In this document: in pieces, positions 44,056 through 48,469 of the stretch | How the letters are laid out: each line of letters begins with the position of its first letter | Position numbering within the stretch: position 1 is the first letter of the stretch | Source: a virus | Strand: one strand, 5' to 3' | Virus record (IMG/VR): IMGVR_UViG_3300021400_000123 | Coordinates: 1-48,469 of that record | Length of the DNA stretch: 48,469 nucleotides | The notes under the pieces: model-generated | Seen by the model: the letters and a program-made list of their open reading frames with translations, nothing else | What the model was told of the DNA's origin: nothing | Database searches by the model: none | Translations under genes and position numbers: made by a program

Positions 44056-44330
44056 TGGATAAACTCGGAAAAGAACTCGCACAGGCATACATGGCGGCCT
44101 ACAACGAAGCCATGAACAGAACATTCAGGGAGGACTTCGCAGGGCAGGTGGCGGCGATTGTGACCATGTGCATAGCCAACAGACCGCAACCGCAGCAGAC
44201 GGCAGCAGGGATGGCAAGTCAGATCTTCAGGACGATCATGAATCCTTCGGATCCGAAGCCGGAGAAGAAGCCTGAACAGAAAAAGGAACCTAAAAAGAAG
44301 GAGAGTGGAAAAGATGAACAGGGAATCTGA
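44052..44330 (+). CDS. Hypothetical protein with a Lys/Pro/Glu-rich tail.
   Basis: GGAGGA RBS and ATGATG coupling. Confidence 0.5.
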   Translation: MMDKLGKELAQAYMAAYNEAMNRTFREDFAGQVAAIVTMCIANRPQPQQTAAGMASQIFRTIMNPSDPKPEKKPEQKKEPKKKESGKDEQGI

Positions 44331-44517
44331 CTTCGGAATGCCGTCCCAGAGGCAGGGCAGGGAGACCAAGTGCGGCAACTGCGTGAGCCACAGGCGAGGG
44401 GATAGCCGGGACGGAGGGTGGATCTGCACCTGCGACACGAGCGGCTACTTCCTCGAAGAGACAGATTATAACTTCGGATGCATTCATCACGAACCAAGAG
44501 CTGAAAAGCGATTTTAA
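44314..44517 (+). CDS. Cys-rich small protein.
   Basis: CGNC...CTC...C...H motif. AAGGAGAG lies upstream. Confidence 0.45.
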   Translation: MNRESDFGMPSQRQGRETKCGNCVSHRRGDSRDGGWICTCDTSGYFLEETDYNFGCIHHEPRAEKRF

Positions 44518-44518
44518 C

Positions 44519-44822
44519 TTAACACCTTTTTTCAAAATTTAACACCTATTTTCAAAAGGTGTTAAGTAAGGTGTTAAGTAAAAAATCCAGTAAAATCAAG
44601 GCTTTAGCCTACTACTTAACACTTATTACACCTTTTTTATGAATATACCCTCGCATGAGGAAATGAAACATTTTACAAATTGCATCGTAACGATAAAAAA
44701 GACGGTGTGTATCTGAAAAAAGGTGTTAAGGTGTAACATTTGCCATCAAAGCCAGTAAAATCAAGGCTTTCACACTTAACACCTTTCACGAATCAAAGGT
44801 GTAACGCAAAGGGAGGTGTAAC
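44519..44822. repeat. Iteron-like array: at least 11 copies of TTAACACC/GGTGTTAA (or the GGTGTAAC variant) plus a 19-bp perfect direct repeat. Candidate origin or multi-site regulatory region.
   Basis: Copies read directly at 44519, 44539, 44558(rc), 44570(rc), 44616, 44626, 44722(rc), 44730(rc), 44776, 44798(rc) and 44815(rc). CCAGTAAAATCAAGGCTTT occurs at 44587-44605 and 44752-44770. Confidence 0.7.
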
Positions 44823-45410
44823 ATGGAGGACTACTACAACAGACTGGTGGAAAACCTCGGAAAACTGAAGCGGAACGAGACCCAGATGACTGCAGAACAG
44901 AAGGAGCAATACAAAAAGCCGCTCCTGAAGCTGAGGAAGGAAATCGCTGCCGATGCCACCGAAGCGATGAAGGAATTCATCACCATGGGAATGAGACTGG
45001 GAAAGGATCCTGACTCCGAAACTTGGAAGTGCGTGATCCGAGAGACGAATCGGCTTCTGGATGACTGGATAGACCAGGGAAAGCTGAAAGAAGTCAGCAA
45101 AGTGCTCTTCTCGACATACGACCTCGATGCATTCTTCACAGCTCTCTGCCCGATACACACCACGATATGGTTCAAGGCCTACGGAGAATACTGGCTGAAG
45201 CATTGCACGAAGCAGGAAGACCCGGAGTACCCATACCACAACGATATCATCGACATGGACTGGTGGGCAGAGCATCATGAGTGGGCGAAGACAAAGGTCG
45301 AGGACGGAAAAAGAGTGACGGACTACTTCGGCGGAGTAACAATCATGCTCCCACCGACAAAAGCACTCCTGGATGAGGAATACGAAAAAGAAATGGGGAG
45401 AATGACATGA
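44823..45410 (+). CDS. Hypothetical protein.
   Basis: GGGAGGTG RBS, which itself overlaps an iteron copy. 195 aa. Confidence 0.6.
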   Translation: MEDYYNRLVENLGKLKRNETQMTAEQKEQYKKPLLKLRKEIAADATEAMKEFITMGMRLGKDPDSETWKCVIRETNRLLDDWIDQGKLKEVSKVLFSTYDLDAFFTALCPIHTTIWFKAYGEYWLKHCTKQEDPEYPYHNDIIDMDWWAEHHEWAKTKVEDGKRVTDYFGGVTIMLPPTKALLDEEYEKEMGRMT

Positions 45411-45491
45411 GGGGCGGAAGAAATGCTGAAGGGTTCCCAGATCCAACAGCAACAATAGCCATAGGAAATGTGACAAGGGAGGAAAGAAGAA

Positions 45492-45905
45492 ATGCGAATA
45501 AACTGGTACGATCCAAAAAACGATCCAGTGAAATACATAAAGCAGGTGCAGGCGGAGAAGCAGATCACAAGGAAAGAGGCGGAGAAAATCGTCAGGAAAT
45601 GGGTGCCGAAGGAGGGAGACTTCCAGGCGAAGATCAAAGAAGCCATCAAGGAGAGATATCCACAGGCTCTGGTCGTGAAGATTGCACAAGGCGAATATTC
45701 ACAAGCCGGAATCCCCGATCTGATGGCAATTATTGACGGTCACTTCTTCGGATTTGAAGTCAAGCGGCCATATTTCAACAAAAAGTCGGAGCTTCAGAAA
45801 AAGACGGTCAAGTGGATCAGAGAAGCAGGCGGAACGGCGGACTTTATATCATACAGAGAAGAGGCTCTCGATATCATCGAGGCATACTTTAAGACAGGGA
45901 GGTAG
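45492..45905 (+). CDS. VRR-NUC domain nuclease.
   Basis: GIPDLMAIIDGHFFGFEVKRP...LQKKTVKWIREAGG matches the D...(D/E)xK core of VRR-NUC. This kind of gene is a typical partner of phage SNF2 helicases. Confidence 0.78.
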   Translation: MRINWYDPKNDPVKYIKQVQAEKQITRKEAEKIVRKWVPKEGDFQAKIKEAIKERYPQALVVKIAQGEYSQAGIPDLMAIIDGHFFGFEVKRPYFNKKSELQKKTVKWIREAGGTADFISYREEALDIIEAYFKTGR

Positions 45906-45911
45906 AAGGAA

Positions 45912-46508
45912 ATGGAAAGAGAAGATGCAAGGGATGTCCTCAAATGGATGCTCGGTCAGGTGAGAAGAGCGGAGCATCACAAAAAAGAGCTTCTGGAAAG
46001 ATTGGAGCGGATCAACGAAGACAGAAAAAATCCGATTAAATCTCCAGGATACGATCCTATGCCAAGGAGTGCCGGAGTCGGAGACGGAGCAGCCTCGATC
46101 CTTTTCAAACTTTCAGAAATCGAAGAGCGGATCTTCGAGCAGAGGGATGAGATCGATAAAGCCATCGTTCAGGTCATGGATATCATCGACTTTATACCGC
46201 AGGGCGAAATCGCAAGGCGAATTTTTGAACTCCGCCACCTGGATGGACTCAATATGGGGGAGACCGCAGACGCAATCCCGATGAGCAAGTCCAGATGCTA
46301 TGACATCTACAACGAGACCATCGACAAGCTGCTCGATTTCCCAAAGATCGCCCTCATGGTGGAGGAGAACGAAGCCGATTATATCGACTGGTATATAACC
46401 ACTGAGGAGAAAAGGCGCAAGGCTGAAAAATCAAGTGGGGGGTCAAAAAACCAAAATGGGGGTGGAAATCCCAGATCCAAATTCAGAAAAAAGAAGCGGA
46501 AAAAATAA
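45912..46508 (+). CDS. Sigma-70 region-4-like transcriptional activator (ArpU/RinA/DUF1492-like), a putative late-gene activator.
   Basis: HTH segment RIFELRHLDGLNMGETADAIPMSKSRCYDIYNETIDKL. It is the last gene before the packaging region and has a Lys-rich tail. Confidence 0.65.
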   Translation: MEREDARDVLKWMLGQVRRAEHHKKELLERLERINEDRKNPIKSPGYDPMPRSAGVGDGAASILFKLSEIEERIFEQRDEIDKAIVQVMDIIDFIPQGEIARRIFELRHLDGLNMGETADAIPMSKSRCYDIYNETIDKLLDFPKIALMVEENEADYIDWYITTEEKRRKAEKSSGGSKNQNGGGNPRSKFRKKKRKK

Positions 46509-47039
46509 GCCTGATTTTGAAATCGGGCATCCCAAAACCGGGTCGGGATTTCAAAATGGGATTTGAAAAAGCAATGCCCGAAATCAAAACGGCTTATAAA
46601 TGCTCGATTTTCAGGGCAAAAACAGGATAAAATCAGGGTCAAAAATACAAGGTCGGGGGCATATCCCAGAATAAGCACCAGGAATAAGGGTGGGATAAAG
46701 ACCCCGAAAACAAGGGGCATATACAAGACCCTATGCAGAGGCAGAAAGTGACAGGGCAATAGCACCCCACTACCGGGGTACCAGAATAACAGGGGGGTAT
46801 AGAGCAGGACATATAGGGGCAGAATATACACCACGCATCACAAGAGAGAGCAGAAGAAGAGCAGAGCAGAGAGACAACAAAGCGCACAAGCGAGAGAGAC
46901 AAAACAAGGCTCGAAGCCTTGCAACATAAGGCTTTGAAGGACATCATACAACATCGGACACAATCGGACAAAGTTCTGTGTTAAGATGATAGCGTGGACA
47001 AAGAGAAGAGATGAACCGCACCTCCACGAGAGGAGCGTT

Positions 47040-47065
47040 GAGCAGCCGAGAGGCTGTTCTTTTTT
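47040..47065 (+). terminator. Rho-independent terminator-like hairpin.
   Basis: GAGCAGCC-GAGA-GGCTGTTC (8 bp including one G.U pair) followed by TTTTTT. Confidence 0.55.
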
Positions 47066-47095
47066 ATCCACAAATGACTGGCAGAATGTGGATAA
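47064..47095. repeat. Inverted pair of perfect DnaA-box consensus 9-mers.
   Basis: TTATCCACA (47064-47072) and TGTGGATAA (47087-47095), separated by 14 nt. Confidence 0.6.
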
Positions 47096-47099
47096 CTTG

Positions 47100-47170
47100 A
47101 CTGGGCGGTCGGTCGAGCCGTAGGTACTACCTGACCGGGGGCGGCCTGCGGGTCCGAGGAAAGCCCGGGA
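47100..47170. other. GC-rich candidate cos region.
   Basis: ctGGGCGGTCGGTCGAGCCGTAGGTACTACCTGACCGGGGGCGGCCTGCGGGTCCGAGGAAAGCCCGGG. It contains the palindrome AGGTAcTACCT and G/C runs reminiscent of lambda/P2 cohesive ends. The terminase is of the Nu1/GpA (cos) type. Confidence 0.3.
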
Positions 47171-47232
47171 TTTTGCCAGATATGAATTAAATTTTTTTTG
47201 CCGTTTCGTTACGAGGGCGGCATAGGAGGCAT

Positions 47233-48469
47233 ATGAGAGCAGCGAAACTGGATGTGCAGGAGAAGCCACTGTCATGGCTACACCCTGCCGAATACAACCC
47301 AAGGGTCGAACTTCAACCGGGAGACCCAGAGTATGAACGGATCAAGCGAAGCATTGAAACCTTCGGATTTGTGGATCCGATCATAGCGAATAAGGACGGT
47401 ACCATCATCGGTGGACACCAGAGATACAATGTCCTGCTCGACCTCGGATATGACACGGCGGATGTGGTCGTGGTAGACAAGACCAAGGAAGAGGAAAAGG
47501 CACTGAACATCGCCCTGAATAAAATCACAGGCGAATGGGATGAGGAGAAACTGTACGAACTCCTCATCGAGTTAGACCTTTCAGACATTGATATGCAGCT
47601 TTCAGGGTTCACCCACAACGAACTGGAAGACCTGAAAGTGAAATTTGATATTGAAGAGGCGCAGGAAGACCTCGACTTTGATGAAGAGCAGGCGGAGGCA
47701 GAAGCAAGGAAGAACACCAGAAGCCACAGAGGATGCGTCTGGCTTTTAGGACGGCATCGCCTGATGTGTGGAGACTCCACTGACCGGGATGATGTGGCAA
47801 CCCTCATGAACGGAGAGGAAATCGACCTCGTGATCACGGATCCGCCATACAATGTGGCATACGGAGACAAGGTCGAGGATATGAGCGAAGCGATGGGTAT
47901 CGAAGACAGCCGGGAGCAGTCGCAGATCCTCAACGACAACATGAGCGATGAAGCCTTCGCAGAATTTCTCGGAGACTTCTACCTTCAGACAGCCGCAGCC
48001 ATGAGAGAAGGAGCGGCAATATATGTCTTTCACGCAGACAGTAACGGCCTTGTCTTCAGACAAAAGTATGAAGATGCAGGACTGAAACTGGCTCAATGCT
48101 TAATCTGGGAGAAGAACACCTTCGTACCCGGACGGCAGGACTACCAGTGGCGGCACGAACCTATCCTCTACGGATGGAAAGAAGGAGCAGGCCACTACTT
48201 TATACACGACAGAAGCCAGGATACCGTGATCCTCGAAGACGAACTCGACTTCGAGAGCATGAAAAAATCGGAACTGGTGGCATATTTGGAAGAATTGCGA
48301 AAAGCCTGGGCAGACAGAACCTCGGTAATTTACGAGAAGAAGCCTGCAAGGAATGACATCCACCCGACAATGAAGCCAGTATCACTGATCGGACGCTTGA
48401 TGAAGAATTCAAGCAGACAGGACTGGGCAGTATATGACCCATTCGGAGGATCAGGAACAACGCTGATAG
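47233..48469 (+). CDS. ParB-like nuclease domain fused to an N6-adenine/N4-cytosine DNA methyltransferase. The gene runs off the window end and continues at nt 2-223.
   Basis: GGAGG RBS. ParB-type N terminus ...HPAEYNPR...IIANKDGTIIGGHQRY... Catalytic motif IV VITDPPYN precedes motif I FGGSGTT, which is the beta-class order. There is no stop before the window end. Confidence 0.88.
   Translation, partial: MRAAKLDVQEKPLSWLHPAEYNPRVELQPGDPEYERIKRSIETFGFVDPIIANKDGTIIGGHQRYNVLLDLGYDTADVVVVDKTKEEEKALNIALNKITGEWDEEKLYELLIELDLSDIDMQLSGFTHNELEDLKVKFDIEEAQEDLDFDEEQAEAEARKNTRSHRGCVWLLGRHRLMCGDSTDRDDVATLMNGEEIDLVITDPPYNVAYGDKVEDMSEAMGIEDSREQSQILNDNMSDEAFAEFLGDFYLQTAAAMREGAAIYVFHADSNGLVFRQKYEDAGLKLAQCLIWEKNTFVPGRQDYQWRHEPILYGWKEGAGHYFIHDRSQDTVILEDELDFESMKKSELVAYLEELRKAWADRTSVIYEKKPARNDIHPTMKPVSLIGRLMKNSSRQDWAVYDPFGGSGTTLI
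48363..48469. repeat. Right copy of the 107-bp terminal direct repeat.
   Basis: Identical to nt 1-107. Confidence 0.95.

Larger units (their letters stand above)
46509..47232. other. 724-bp ORF-free region between the regulatory and packaging genes. It contains repeat clusters, a T-free tract, a terminator, an inverted DnaA-box pair and a GC-rich candidate cos.
   Basis: The only ORFs are short, basic and low-complexity. Details are given in the findings. Confidence 0.8.

Noticed and set aside
44519-44822. Repeat array considered as a CRISPR array.
   Set aside because: The repeats are only 8 nt (plus one 19-nt pair), occur in both orientations and are irregularly spaced. No cas genes are present.
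46563-46751. 62-aa + strand ORF in the 724-bp non-coding region.
   Set aside because: It has no RBS and an extremely basic low-complexity product, which is what translation of an A/G-rich tract would give.

Overview
The window is a complete, circularly closed genome of about 48.36 kb; nt 1-107 are identical to nt 48363-48469. It belongs to a temperate phage with a contractile tail. Several signals point to a Firmicutes/Clostridia host: strong GGAGG ribosome-binding sites, XkdX/XhlA-type genes in the lysis region, and a large serine integrase.

Gene order:
- A ParB-domain DNA methyltransferase that spans the circular junction.
- A lambda-like packaging and head module: Nu1-like TerS, GpA-like TerL, gpW, portal, prohead protease, major capsid and a DUF2190 decoration protein, followed by neck proteins.
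- The tail: sheath, tube, a tail chaperone with a canonical -1 frameshift, and a 1330-aa tape measure.
- A P2/Mu-like baseplate (X, D, V, U, W, J, I).
- A two-part tail fibre.
- XkdX, XhlA, holin and a three-domain endolysin.
- A minus-strand lysogeny block: four small cargo genes, the serine integrase, a small protein and a CI-like repressor.
- Divergent promoters with palindromic operators.
- Early and replication genes: a transglycosylase, a split SNF2 helicase interrupted by a Zn-ribbon / PAPS-reductase-like / DnaQ-exonuclease cassette, a Sak4-like ATPase, SSB, a primase-helicase and a Lar-like protein.
- An iteron array, then a VRR-NUC nuclease and a sigma-like activator.
- A 720-bp ORF-free region.

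The standout system is a diversity-generating retroelement (DGR) that diversifies the C terminus of the tail fibre. VR is 22080-22188, TR is 22329-22437 and the RT is 22632-23831. All 13 TR/VR mismatches fall on TR adenines. No Avd gene is recognisable.

Other leads:
- the split helicase and its inserted cassette
- a shared SSB-type C-terminal tip on the primase-helicase
- a 430-nt ORF-free GC-rich early leader
- an array of 11 TTAACACC-type repeats
- a candidate attP
- in the 720-bp ORF-free region, a T-free tract, an orphan terminator, an inverted pair of perfect DnaA-box consensus 9-mers and a GC-rich candidate cos

I saw no tRNA, rRNA or CRISPR array. All functional calls come from motif recognition by eye; no database search was run.
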